Positions 1 through 13,185 of a stretch of 64,000 bases of DNA are shown piece by piece (the stretch's first letter is position 1; each line of letters starts with the position of its first letter). The stretch spans positions 11,451,563 through 11,515,562 of the forward strand of contig NC_134036.1 in the NCBI RefSeq assembly GCF_964204645.1, in the 5' to 3' direction. Under the pieces are notes generated by a model. That model was not told where the DNA came from and did not search any database. It saw only the letters and a list, made by a program, of their open reading frames with translations. This DNA is from Tubulanus polymorphus (lineage: Eukaryota; Animalia; Nemertea). The position numbers and the translations under genes are program-made.

Positions 1-3000
1 AAGACTTCATACGCAAGAAATAGAATTAAGTTCTATAATATTTTAAGATTAACGCGAAAAATGACGACTATAAGACCGATACGGAGATATTTACTAAAAA
101 AATAAACCGGAGTTAACCGCACCACCGCGAAAACGCTCACACGGAAGTGAGGCGGCGCCAGCGAACGGCGTCGTAAAAACGAGCGTAAACACGAGCAGGG
201 CTGGAGAATTCTCCGGCGACGAGACGGAACCAAAACGGCCCAAAATCAAAGAAGTTGGGTCTCGAATATAAAAAGGAGAACACACACTAATAGGTAGGTG
301 GAGGATAAAAGAATGGCCTGGACAGGCGCCGAAAAATCGCTAATGTCACCGCGATGTGGCGTGGCCAACACCGCGGGGGCCTGCCCAGGTCGTGAAATTG
401 GAATCTGACAGGACTGCCAAAAATCTGTCAGATTGAAATTGAGCCGAAAAGATCCCGAAACATCGCCGCAGAACACCCAGCCCCGTCCCGGAATACGTAC
501 ATCTAAAAAGAAACAATGAGAAAAGAACGGCTTAAGGCCATTCCGAAATACATAATATAATTTCACCAAAGACCGACATTTTGTGGTCAAACCCACCCCA
601 GATATTGACAATTTTCGCCACAGTTACTTAATATTCTGAAGTTTGATACTGTCTGAAATGCAAAGCATATTCTATTGCATTCTGGGGTGAAAGAAAATTA
701 ACGACTTACCGACCACCAAAAATGCTACGCGTGTGGGGGTTACGGGTGAAGGTACTAGAGAGGGAGTGACCTCCAGAGACACGGAAGCAAGAAGCAGTGA
801 GCATGGATATGAACCCTCGGAACGTATCCCGGTTGTATGTTATGAATCTGAATAAGTTTGAACATAATTGTTTTCGTGGTAATTGTTCAAAATACACGAA
901 TGAAACATTACAACGGACTAGACAAGCAAGAATTTCCCTCGTGAAATGTGCAGCAAGGCTTCCATACAAAGAAGTCGCTAGGTTCACCATAGCAGGAGCC
1001 ACAGTGGTGGACAGCCATTCGAGTGTACACTTCGCAAGAATAAATACGTGCGGTGAAGCACCTAACGGACAAACATTACACACATGGTGCTTATGATAAT
1101 GCTAATGAAGAAAGAGCAAGTCATTGGACTTGTTATCGTAAATTCGAGCCAAGGGAATAGGTACATGATCGGGGGTAGAAGTGAACACGCTGCTGCATGG
1201 ACGAGCATTCGTCAGGCAGTTTTTTTTTTGTTTAAAACTACGGCGTGGAACAGCAACACCGGTAGAAATCATTCGTAGTGACTCTACGAGCTGAAATGTT
1301 GCTGCCGTTCTACCGCAGATGGCGCAAACATATGGGCAAGGGAGGCTTTTCGTACGTTTTAGTTTTATATCGGACTTAACTGGGCGTAATTTTAGGAATT
1401 TACTTAATAAATTCAGTTACATCATTTAATCCCATTAAATGAAGGTTTGTTAACTCTGCTTTTTAAAAAGCATTGTATCCAGTTCCAGGTCCAAGCTTTT
1501 TTAACCTCTTAATGAGGGGGCAGCCTTCAGAACATACTTCAACTATTTCTCAGAACTGCTTTCATTCTGCATTCAGACAATGATTAAATATAAAGCTAGC
1601 AATCGACAAAGATAATTCCCTTTAACAGGAATAGATACAGCACACGAAATAAAAGGGGCACCTGGAAAGAATAAATGAACGCTCCCTTTTTCAAATATAA
1701 TACACAGCATAGTGCACCGAAGCGTAATACAAAATACAGTAAATTAGACTTGAATGGCTCCGTAGAAACTAAGAAAGAGTTTATATAAAAAGGTCCCTCA
1801 AAAGAGAAAAGTGCAAACGAAAAACAGGAAAGATAACACAAAACCACGCTCAACGTCAACCCTCAAAACACACAATTGCACATATAATAAACAGTTAGAT
1901 TAACATGTAATTCTATTTTTTCAATATAACTATAATTTGAGTTTTAATAAGAGGATGAATATATAATGTAATCAAGGGCAAAGTTTTTTTTTCTATAATT
2001 TCTCAGAAACAATTTTGAATTTTCCAGAAATTGTTCTTCTTTGGCTATTGTGAGTAAGTGTGTGTAAATCTTGTCGTCACCGACTATTATGACTGTAGAT
2101 TTGAAAATTTTGGCTTCAATCATTTTCGAATGATTTCGACAATTCAGAGTGGACGAATTAGTTGATAAAGTACCTCGTTTGGAGTTATCAATATCTTTGA
2201 GCTTGAGGAAATTAACTGTTTGAATACAGGGTCAGTGTACGTCAAATAATAGGAATTCGAAATGAACCTAATACCTCTTTTTGCAATTCAATTACTGGCT
2301 GTAGTTATAATACTGGAGGTAAGGATCGATAAGCGAAAAATAAAGTGTACGAAATGAGCTCGCTGGGAGCATATTTTTGAGTCTATTTATTATACCAATG
2401 TTTCGAGAAACTATTGTGTCGACTGATTTTATGAGATCGTCCCAGTTTAGATATCTGGATAAGAACTCTAACCAAATTTAGGACATTGACTTGTTCAATA
2501 TTCTCAAGTTATTTTTCAATAATTAACTGGAAACCATAAATGACGTCTTCTATACATTAAATGGCAACTTGTTTGTTTGAAACCAGGTACAAATTTTGAT
2601 AATTCAATATGTACAGTACATACTAATCCGTCTAAATTGTTGTAACTATAAAAAGGCACTTGCGTCAGCAGCAAACAATATAAGTTTTAACACACTAGAA
2701 AATTTAATTCAGTTATTACCGTATAACAAAAAAGCATGGGACCTACAATTGAGCCTTGGGGAACTCGGTTTTAACAGTTCCGAATGAAGATTTATAATTT
2801 TTGAATTTGAGATAATTGTTTTCTAACCAGTTGTTCGAGAGACCTCTTGTTCCATACAGACATTATTTTCGTACAATGATATCGTGATCAACGGGGTCAT
2901 TTGCTTTTGAAACACCTAGGAATTCCCTTATTAGTTGATTATTTTTTCTTTCTAAATTTCATGAAGTTTCGTCACTTATCACGGTTACGGCCATGGCAGT

Positions 3001-3237
3001 TGAATGGTTCTTTTGAAAAGCCAAACTGGTTTGGTTGCATACTATGAAACTGTGTAACAATATTCCGTTAATCGATTATATACGATATTTTCCAAAATTC
3101 TGGAAAAGCAAGGCAGTACAGATATCGGTCTGTTATTATCAGAAGAGTCATTATTGCCTGCTTTGTAAAGTATACGTACCCGCACAAACTTCAGTTCACT
3201 TGATAATATACGTGCCTTCAAACTACAATTAAATATA

Positions 3238-3775
3238 CAGTCAACCCCGCATAAGTCGTAGCCCTCGGGACTGACGATTTTTCTACGACTTAGTTACGAG
3301 TCATGTGTAAGTCGTATTTATATATCGCGGTTTTATGCGAATTCAGTGAATAATCCGTGAAAATACAATATATACTACGCTCGGATTCCAGCAGAGGTCG
3401 TATCACTGAGCTGACCTGACAGTGCAGATATATATTGCTGAAATCTCCTCTCAATCAAGCATCTAAAGCTGTCGAGTGCACCACGTAGACAACGTCACAA
3501 GGAAGTTACATTGTAACTGTCTAAACACTTGACAATATTGCAGGGTATTTTCATCTGATACCGGCGTATCGGGCTACGACCTACGCGAGGTATTTTGAAT
3601 GGAATTCGAAGATTTGGCCCCTAAAATTGATACGACTAACGTGAAAATACGACTTATAAGGTACGAGTAATAAGCATAATATTATATGGTACAAAGAAAA
3701 AATCGAGACCGAAATAGTTATACGAGAGATGTGATGACACGACTAATTCAAAGACGACTTATGCGGGGTTGACTG
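3238..3775. mobile_element. Tc1/mariner (pogo/Tigger-like) MITE
   Basis: 22-bp perfect TIR CAGTCAACCCCGCATAAGTCGT / ACGACTTATGCGGGGTTGACTG flanked by TA on both sides; no ORF. Confidence 0.85.
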
Positions 3776-3889
3776 TACGTACTATTTTTACAGGGATCCC
3801 GTCAGCGCCAGCGTCTTTAATGGCTGAAAAATCATTTTCAATATGATTAATTCTATCAGAGCGAGTCGAGAAAATGTCTTCATTCACTG

Positions 3890-5670
3890 AGTATAATGCA
3901 CGTGAATGGAAATATAAGTCGTGAGAAAGCATGCATTGAATGACAGGACGTTGTCTCAAAATCACATTTCTGCATTACAAGGATTCTTAAGGTAATATGC
4001 ATTTCATATGTCTAAAAGCCGTAGATATTTATAGCGGGCATGCTATATGCAAAGGAATAATAGACATGTATCATAAGGGTGATGAGGGCAGATTATATGT
4101 CATAGGGGTAATAGGACACTGCACAAAACAGAGCGATGGCCACAATAGAGAAGATCCAGGCAAGTAGACCAGTGAAAAATTGGATGATAATCATTGACAG
4201 ATGACACAAATAATCCACACATTTAACCACAAAATCCAACACCGCAGTAAACGACAATTCAGAATAATGTAGCCTGTAGAAATATATACGGGGAATTAAC
4301 ACCAATAAATCGTTTCCAGAACGCTCCAAATTACTCGATTCCCTCGACGGGTCGGAATGGACACACGGACAACAAACAAAAAAAGCGATCGCAATATGTC
4401 GCTGTACCTCCCCGTGAGTACACGATCGATGCGTATGCTACTACCGTATCCAACAAACGTGGAACGAGATTCGTACACGTTTAAGGCTGCCTGCAATAGG
4501 TCTACTGATATTGTATCTGTGAACGGAACAGTAAATCCTAATCATCAAAAATAGATCAAACCGTTCAAACTGTCAACCTCCAGATCAACAGACAAGCGAA
4601 AAGTGAACGTACATCAGCCGAATGCAGTTAGATGTACTAGGGATCCGGTATTTTAAGTTAAGTCATTGTTTTTTAATGTCTCTTTCATCTATGTATTTTG
4701 ATATTATGTGCGTCACCATTCTGCAAGTTGGCAACGAAATACCACCTGGAACATCGACTTATCACGCAGGATTAGACACCGATCAGCATCAACTATAGCT
4801 AGCTGAATTTCAATTCAATTTTTTAGCCCGCTGCATGCTTGAATGCACATCGCAATTCAATGATCATGTTTTGAATAGTTTTACAGTCTAGTGCCGGCTT
4901 ACCTGAATTCATGCTGAATATCCGCAACGGTTCTATCAAAATGCACCAGACTTTTCTCCACGTTTCCTATACACGTGCTTGTGATGTTGTTCGATTTTTC
5001 GTGGCCAAGTCGGACAAAAATTGCCGAAAAGACCCAAATATCAGTTTTTTACATACATTCATTGATTTTTCTTTTGCAGGTGTCATCAAAGAACTGAACT
5101 ACGCCTGCCGGTATATCGGGCAACCACTCACGCGAGAATGCGCGAGTGCCTGCGTAGAACTAGATTCATGTATTTACGCACTCAACATACGTTATGAACT
5201 TACTGCTGAACCGAACGTTTTTAGCAAATGGAAACAGGGACCTACCTTATTGGCTTTGAAATAGTGAGCCTAAACCCCGAACCTGACCAATGAACGTGGC
5301 TCCATGAGAAATTCACCGTCACAAGCCATGTGCACGCGAAACGATTTTGTTACGGCTGATTTTTTTGTTCTAGGTTATATACCAAAAATCGAGATTTAAC
5401 GCACCGGTGAGCACTGAACAATAATTTTTTTTAGGAAAAAAATCGATCGACTTGTGGTACGGCCTCGAAAATGCGGAAAGACTCGGGAGAAGTTATTTTC
5501 AGAATTCAAAGCCAAAAAGTATCCGTTGATATGGGGACTGATGTGCGCCAGACGGCTGCGCGCGGTCCAATCAGTCGGACCGATACGCACGCCACTTTTG
5601 GCAGAGGTGGTAACTTCACGAAGCAATTTCGAGCGATCGACGCATCAATTCCGCTCGAGACTGCCTTGAA
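3890..5670 (+). repeat. Older diverged direct copy of part of the inverted-repeat arm (homologous to ~11610-14435)
   Basis: Collinear matches such as GAATGGAAA..ATGAC.GGACG.TGTCTCAAAA, ACCACAAAATCCAA.ACCGCAGTAAACGACAAT, AGGTGTCATCAAAGAACTGAACTA and TATATACCAAAAATCGA; roughly 70-80% identity by eye; lacks the MITEs at 12085 and 12967. Confidence 0.85.
3900..4350 (-). pseudogene. Degraded hydrophobic (multi-TM-like) protein coding remnant, copy 1
   Basis: YSELSFTAVLDFVV..LSMIIIQFFTGLLAWIFSIVAIALFCAVSYYPYDI; differences from copy 2 are enriched in synonymous changes (GTG/GTA, TTC/TTT, CTA/CTG, TCC/TCA, GAC/GAT); frameshifts and stops nearby. Confidence 0.5.
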
Positions 5671-6264
5671 AACATCATATTCATAATTACGGTAGTATGT
5701 GCTAAGTGCAAAATATATAACAAAAAGATTAACGAAACAGACGCCGAATAAATAACCAACTATGAAATAAAACGTAATACAATTTACTTTTAAATAATTT
5801 ACTTGCATGACACTTCTACTACACTCTGTTATTTTTATGGCTGCATATACACAATGAGACTAAAAGGTAAACTGTCTGTGGCGACCGATACTGACAGTCA
5901 GTTCAGTTAACGGTCACATTTGTATTTTCAACAAACCTATGGTTCGCTTTTGATAATCACCAGCTGATGATCTTTTAACGCTACTATTTTGTATTATGTC
6001 TTCTTATCTATATGGTGCATTATGATTATCACAACATTTTGGGCATCGTTTTAAGTAACTCAAATAGGAGAATCTTACATTACGACAGTTTCTTGTTTGC
6101 ACATTCACAAACTGTTTCAGTACTACGTACTACTCGGTTATCATAAAACTGCTCATCCAGCACTATTAGAACAATAGCATGGATCGAGTAATGTGTGTAT
6201 AAATGTGAGTAATCAACAAACTGCCATCTCAGCTAGGCCTAAAAACTGTCAAAAACTTTGGTTA

Positions 6265-7222
6265 CAGGGGCGGATCCAGGGGGATAGGTGGACAGTATTG
6301 GAAGGAAATTTAAGGGCACCTTTCTGATCTTAGGGCACACCCAGTATCCAGGTCAATGCGAGCGCCAAAGGCGCGAAGTCATTGGAGGGGGGTCTGGGGG
6401 CCCACCCCCATAAAATTTGGAAAATATGGTACCATTTAAAGGCTTTTAGAGACTAGCAGAGCAATCCAGAATAAACGAATCCGAGACAAGATTTCAACAG
6501 ATGCGGATAAAAAATGAAGCTGACGAACCCATGAAAGAATGGTTGTCACCAACCAAGATCAACAATGAATTTCACAGAAGACACCCATGAAAAACACTGG
6601 CATTATTTTTTATATTTTCCCTAGTGCCCCTATAACCTTTAAATGTGCTCCTTAACAATTATACAGAATACGGCTAAGTGCCCCTTCATTTTTTAACAAT
6701 CGGCAAAAATTGCCTCGTCTTCACATTTATCCGTATGTCGTGTGCCGTATTCCAAACCAAAAGTGCCCCTAAAATTTTAAGAATTAGGCAAAAAGTGCCT
6801 TTTTCTTCAGCATTCACCGCGAATTAAAGCCTGAGCGTGCCCCTTGAAAAGGCAAAGTGCCCTTTTCTTCAACATTTTCCGCGTATAGTGCCCTCTTCTA
6901 AAGTACGAGTGCCCCTGTAGCCCTCCCTGAAAAGGCAAGGACAAGGTGCCCTCATCTAAAGCATGAGTGCCCCTTGAAAAAGGAAAGTGCCCTTTCTAAT
7001 TTATCATGAATAAAGGCCTTATATCAAATATCATTATCTCTCCTCACTTTCTCGGCAGTAGTATTTACCGATTAATTTTATAATTATGCCCGGATTCCGG
7101 ACACGGAATTAGCGGTTGCTGAAATAATGCCGTCAAAATATTGCCGGTGAAATTTCGAAGGGCACTTAAAAATTCTAGACCGTGTTGGGCAATACGGCTA
7201 ATACGGTCTGGATCCGCCACTG
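6265..7222. mobile_element. Non-autonomous TIR DNA transposon with internal AAGTGCCC repeats
   Basis: TIR CAGGGGCGGATCCAG / CTGGATCCGCCACTG (1 mismatch); GGTTA on both flanks; about a dozen (A)AGTGCCC(C/T) motifs at ~6620-6995. Confidence 0.75.
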
Positions 7223-7544
7223 GGTTACTTTGGTTTTTTACCAATCACAGCCCACCTGTCACAAAGTTTTGGAGGGTGGAGCCAAGGGCTACTTAAGTCT
7301 CATGGAGATCCAAATCCAACATTCTGGATCTCTCTGAGACAAACATTAAAAACGATTATATGGATTTCTGTGATTATATTTAATTGGAGTTTCTTCATCA
7401 TTTTTAAGAGCTAGTTCCCATAACGATAAAGATAAGCGAAAAATCTATGTCGATAAATTGTGCTGTCCATGATTGGCCTCTCGTGAAAAATTTCTATAGA
7501 AATGGGGCAGACTTTTTATTTAGATGGTCCCGAGATGTTATTTT

Positions 7545-7634
7545 TCACTCTCCCCCCCTCCCCAACACTCGCTCACTCACTCTCCCCCTCCCAAACACTC
7601 ACTCACTCACTCACTCACTCACTCTATCACTCGC
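7545..7634. repeat. (CACT)n microsatellite-rich tract
   Basis: CACTCACTCACTC runs and a duplicated CACTCTCCCCC..TCCCAA unit. Confidence 0.8.
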
Positions 7635-9164
7635 TAAGTTTTCAATAGATTGACAACACTTATCTCGGAAAAAGTCTACTGCCAAACAAATTCTGAGGTA
7701 GGCAAGTTCTACTGTATTCCATTTTGAATAATGGAATTAAGTATGCCAGCAAATACGAGTCCCAAAATTTGGCAAATTTTAATCTGTTGTTGTGTTTAAA
7801 TTTTTAGATTGATGGCAATGAGACCAAAATCAACAAAGGCTAGAATAAACCATTAACGCCATTAATTGCTGTTATGGGTAAGTGTAAACACCAGCAAACT
7901 ACCGGTCAAAGTCCTTAAACCATAATTCCAGGTTAACCTAGATGCTATAGGATTCCCATTCAACACGGGGTTAAATTTGAATGAATATGTCTTCAAAATT
8001 GCTTCAAGATTTAGTTTTTCATTTTTTTCTTATGAGCAGCTTGATAACCCTCTAAACAAGTGTGCAATATTTTGTGCATAATGTATATGAAAGATCTAAT
8101 ATATGTTTTTATCTGATTTAACTAGTTAAACATCTTTTTATAGGGGATTCCACATTCGCAGCTGATACGTTCTGTATATTGTTATTTATGATGCAGTTTT
8201 TTCGAACATGATGATAAGTGATTACAATGATGCAGTTAAACTGCTATTCATCTGTTTCTTTGTGTTCAATATCGAGTATCCACAGGGACACTAGACACTG
8301 GATAAAGACACTGGAGTTTATTCTTCTTTCTATTATACATAGGGGACGGAGTCAAAATTGTGCCAACATTCCTATGTACTATAATGCTTACGAATGTGTA
8401 CACAAACAGGTCAAACATCAGCAAAAATGTTCTTACAGAATGAATAAATGGAGGACACCCTTGGACAAAGTGTTATGTTTGAACGTGTTTGACCCATCTA
8501 AAAAATGACAACGTTTTGATTAAATATTTCATTGAAAATTTGTAACATTTTGATCATCTCATTCTTTGATTTCCAGTCAGCTTTTCTTTGTTGCAATCAT
8601 CGAAAGTAAATTTACGAATGAAAAAAAAATATTAGGCGAAACCTGCATACACAAAGGCTTAGAATGTTGAACTGGCTATACATTTATTGGAATTCCATAC
8701 ACTAATTGGCAACTGGGATTCAGTCGGAATATACATGTATCTGCAAATTTTCAATTCTTCTGTTCATCCAAATATGTATTTTTCAATTCCAGCCTTTGTG
8801 TATCGGCCTTTAAGATTTCAGGAACATCAGAACTGGTTTAAATCTTTAAGAATTTGATTCAAATCCATTAATTTAAGAAATTATGCAAAAATACTTGTTT
8901 CTTCTGTTAGTGGTTAGGGTGCATTACCGAGTCATGGGCCAGTTGTATATGCAAAAACAAAAAAGCATATACAGCATCAATGCAGATAAACTTGGCTACT
9001 CACGACATGTAACTCAAACCACAAATCATTAGTATTATGAAATATATAACGCATCGAGTGTACTGTCATTACACACTCAGTTTTTTGCGAATAATTATTT
9101 TTCAAGGTTTTTTGAAAATCCTTTTAAGTTATGATTTCCTTTTGTTTTCTATTAGATGTTTCCT

Positions 9165-9480
9165 GTCTATTGATTCAGGGAGTCCATCGCCAAGGATGGT
9201 GTCACTCTTACGTGAGCTGGCAGATTTCGAGGCCGACTGCATATGATCTGATGATGTGACATTATTAATTCGAGAAGTCCATCGACGCGCGTTGTGTTGC
9301 TTGTAGGCAAGCGGGCAGATTTCGAGACCGATTGGCTATCATCCGGTGACTTTACAATGTGTTAATTCGAGAAGTCAATCGACGCGAGTTGTGTTGCTTG
9401 TCGGCAAGCGGGCGGATTTGAGGAGTGAATGGGAAATAACCTGTTGATTTTGAAAATTAATTCAGGAATTCCATGGAATG
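9165..9480. repeat. Degenerate ~100-bp tandem repeat (about 3 copies; related piece near 9870-9980)
   Basis: TTAATTCGAGAAGTC.ATCGACGCG.GTTGTGTTGCTTGT.GGCAAGCGGGC.GATTT at ~9265 and ~9362; weaker copies at ~9170 and ~9460. Confidence 0.7.
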
Positions 9481-9605
9481 TATTGGAAATAATCTATCGA
9501 CTCATGGTATAAAGACACTGAAGAAATATTTGTTTCTATTAGTACGCATCATTTCATTAGGCTTATTTTTATATATCATTTGTCTATTTTGACGGTTAGT
9601 TTAAC

Positions 9606-9637
9606 CATGGACGTATAATCTAGTTTATACGTCCATG
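9606..9637. mobile_element. Candidate P-superfamily excision footprint or fully collapsed element
   Basis: CATGGACGTATAA-TCTAGT-TTATACGTCCATG (13-bp perfect inverted ends, CA..TG) flanked by an exact 7-bp direct repeat GTTTAAC (9599-9605, 9638-9644). Confidence 0.6.
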
Positions 9638-10959
9638 GTTTAACCCATCACTTTCGTATTTCTGCGTGTCGCACGCCTTCTTGGTATTTTGATTGGTAAA
9701 ACTACATTTTACTTTTGAAATAATTTTGACAGTTTCCCCTGATTTGTTCTTGAATTTCATTGTTGAAAAGAATTTCATCTTTACAAATTATGTTTGAATA
9801 TGACCAGAGGTTATGACTAAACTTGATATTTTAGAATTAAAAGTGGAAGAATGCTGTTTCATTTCCATAAACTGGTAGATTTTGAGATTGAATGGAAATA
9901 ATCCGTTGACTTAGCAAATTAATTAATTAATTCCATCGGCGCGAGGTGTGTCACTTTTCTGCGAGTTAGTAGATTGAAAGTAGTTTGAAATGATATTTTG
10001 AGTTGAAGTGTTTTGAGCATGGAAAACTGTCAAAATTAATTTACCTTTCATATTATCACGCCTACTGGGTACTTTGATGTGTAAAACTACTAACAGTAAT
10101 TTTGACAGGTTTTTCATACAATATTACTTGATATCTAGTTGACTGAAGTGCAGTACCTTTTTTCTAAAATATTATTGTTGTAATAGTTTAAAAATGTTTG
10201 TTCTTCTTAGGCTGTGCTGAATCACGAAAGAGATTAGATTTATCTTAAGCTTTAATATTGGATGTTTTTGTGCCATACCAGTACTTAGCAGTTCGTACTT
10301 CGTCTTAATATATGTAATTTACATGTAAAAGTTTCACATGGGAGTTCAAGTTTAGACCGTTGTGTTGAGAGTTTTGTATTCGATTTTAGTTGTAAATATA
10401 TAACTATTTCACTTGTCTGGCTTTATTATGAATTTTCTCATATTTCACTGCCTAAGCTCAAATTGATATAGCTCATCAATTGTTTCGGTAAACAGCTTTG
10501 GCCCTTTTATGGGATATGCCTAGTTGCATGTTTTTGATATCCAAGCTCTGTTTAAAAAAAAAATCTGATGTCATAGAATATTGAGACATGCACAATTTCA
10601 GCTCCTTCCCTTTTCTATTTTTTTGAGAAAATTTAAATTCACTTCAGACTTGGGCATATGAAATATAGAGTAATCGGATACCTGAAAGAAGTCGGTTTGT
10701 TTTGCAATCAATGTAATTGTATCTTGATTATAGGTTTATAATGGGGAGTCATGATTTTTTTGGCCCAATAAAATCATTTGTTGATGTTTTGATACTTAAA
10801 TATTATTATTGTTATTTTGCACTGATTTGTGGTAACTCTTAGAGGTTTCATTGGATTTACACTAAAATAATTGGGTACATTTACCAGTTCTTTAAATTGG
10901 TAGTAGAACCATGACAATTGGTTTTACACCATATTATTTGTATTTAGCATTGTCTATAA

Positions 10960-11265
10960 AGAAGTAAATTAACTATATGATAATGTAAATTTACTCGCTC
11001 TATGTATGTAAATTCGCTTATCATTGGTGTTTAAGATTGACAATTAAGCCAGTTAATTTATTATATAGGTAATGTAAAATTACCAGTTAATTTATTATAT
11101 AGGTAATGTAAAATTACTTACTGTATGTTAATTAACTATCATTGGTGTTTAAGAATAACTATTAAGTCAGTAAATTTACTATATGTCGTAATTTTACTAC
11201 ACCTGTGGGTCAAATTTCCTGCCAATTTTTTTTTGGTTAATTTACCAATTTATTTTTAACAGTGT
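10960..11265. repeat. End of a non-autonomous DNA element with internal tandem duplications
   Basis: 34-bp tandem CCAGTTAATTTATTATATAGGTAATGTAAAATTA x2 inside a longer duplication; ends in TTTTTAACAGTGTA, a CACTG-type terminus on the minus strand; the other terminus was not found. Confidence 0.45.
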
Positions 11266-11599
11266 ACTTCAGTCACAATGTTTGTATCAACAGCTCGATA
11301 ATTTTACTACATTAGTGATGCGTCATCGCGCACTGATAAGCTGATGATATATTCATTCCATTATTAGTACATCAGTAGTTTGCATGGTGGCCTCCAGATG
11401 GAGGGAGTGGACGGCTGCTGTAGAGTGAGCACATGGTCCGAGTCACCTCTAAGGTGTTCACGGGTGTATTTACACGGATTTCTACTCATTGAAGGTAAGA
11501 TATCATATGATTGTGATACTAATGATTGTTATTGGTTCTAAGTCCCGAAAATTACCACTACGGCAAGATGTTAACTGTCCTTTAACAGAAAAAAAAATA

Positions 11600-12080
11600 C
11601 AGCACACGAAAAGTAAGCGGCGCTTTGAATGGAAAAATATGTCATGTGTAAGTAAACCTTTAATGACGGGACGATGTCTCAAAAGCACATTTCCGCATAA
11701 CAGGGATTATTCAGGCAATATCCATCTCACATATCTAGAAGCAGTACATATTTATAGCAAGCATGCTATGTGCAAAAAGATATCACGAGGGTGATGCAGC
11801 TACTTATATATCATCGGGGTAATATGACATGATACAGAACATACCGATGGCCACAGCAGACAAGTTCCAGGAAAGCAGATTAGTAAAAAGTTGGATGATA
11901 AACATTGATAAAGGACACAATATCACAAGTGTAACCACAAAATCCAATACCGCAGTAAACGACAATGCAGAGTATGTAACCTGCAGAACTTATATACGGG
12001 GAATTAACACCAATAAAACATTTCCAGAACACTCCAAATTACTCGATTCTCTCGACGTATCGTAGTGAGACACACGGACA
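11600..12080 (-). pseudogene. Degraded multi-TM-like coding remnant, copy 2 (copy 3 at ~48848-49320, + strand)
   Basis: VTYSALSFTAVLDFVVTLVILCPLSMFIIQLFTNLLSWNLSAVAIGMFCIMSYYPDDI*, then LRHRPVIKGLLTHDIFFHS in another frame; copy 3 has an internal deletion. Confidence 0.5.
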
Positions 12081-12084
12081 ACTA

Positions 12085-12545
12085 CAGTAGAACTGGCCCA
12101 AGTCGGACGGCTTTAAATAGGAAAATCAGCAAAATCAGCCGAATCCAAGGACCCGATTTTTTCAGTTCATTTTCCTATCCAAATCTGTCTCATACTTAGA
12201 AATTCCACTAAGTCGGCTAGAATATATGTTCCGAAGGTTTCAAAGCAATGCATTTTTCAATCTCTAAGTCAGTCGTCCAATTTCAGTTATTTCTAAACAA
12301 ATCGAAACCGGCGCGCATTGTATTATACACCGGTAGATCGATTTTTCTTTTGACGGACACACCTTTTTGCAATTGTAGTCCCCGGTTGCACCCAGTTGTT
12401 AGGGTAAGGGTCTTAGTATTAGTAGCTAACTCGGATTTTTCTTAGAAAACCCCAAAAACCCGACTTAGTCATAATATAATCGGAATTTTTCTGAGTCGGA
12501 CATTTGACCGTGGTCCTAGCGTGACCGACTTACTACTTACTACTG
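12085..12545. mobile_element. TA-flanked MITE (Tc1/mariner-like), mirrored at 48373-48844
   Basis: TA-CAGTAG...CTACTG-TA; absent from the homologous site in the 3890-5670 copy. Confidence 0.65.
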
Positions 12546-12966
12546 TAACACATGTATATATAGTGAACGCAATATTTTGGCGTTACACTTCGTGGCTAGA
12601 GTACACGATTGATGTACATGCTACTGGAATAATACGCGCAGTATCCAAAGGTATGAGATCTGTAGACATAATAAGATTGACTGGAACAGGTCGAGTTATA
12701 ATGTATGTATCTAAGAACGGACCAATAACTCATAAACATCAACAACAGATCGAAATGTTAGTCGAAATCGGGAAATAATTTGATATCGTCGACTCCCGGA
12801 CAAACAGACAAGAGAAAAGTGAACGCACACAAGCCAATTGCAAAGTAGGTGTACCAGGGATCTTAAGAAAATGGTCATGAAGCCGATGTTTTTCTTTCAT
12901 CTACCCATTTTTTCGTTTATGTACGTCACCGTTGGCAACAAAAGACAATCTAAAACATCGACGTTA

Positions 12967-13185
12967 GGCTAAAAAAATTGATACCTTGTTTCTCCGCTCT
13001 GCTGAGCTTAAATGTTGACCCAGCCGGCCGCCTATCTACCCCATACATTACTTTTTTTTAAATCGCGATCAATTTTACCATAACAGACCCGGACGCTATA
13101 GAAATGAACTGTTTATAAATTTTATCATATTTTACAAAAATGACCCAGCCGCTGCGGAGAAACAAGGTATCATTTTTATTTAGCC
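12967..13185. mobile_element. PIF/Harbinger-type MITE present only in the left arm
   Basis: ~31-bp TIR GGCTAAAAAAATTGATACCTTGTTTCTCCGC / GCGGAGAAACAAGGTATCATTTTTATTTAGCC; TTA TSD; empty site in right arm near 47965. Confidence 0.85.

Noticed and set aside
1-1330. GC-richer block with several 60-125 aa ORFs
   Set aside because: No recognisable motif; probably part of an element extending beyond the window, cannot be assigned
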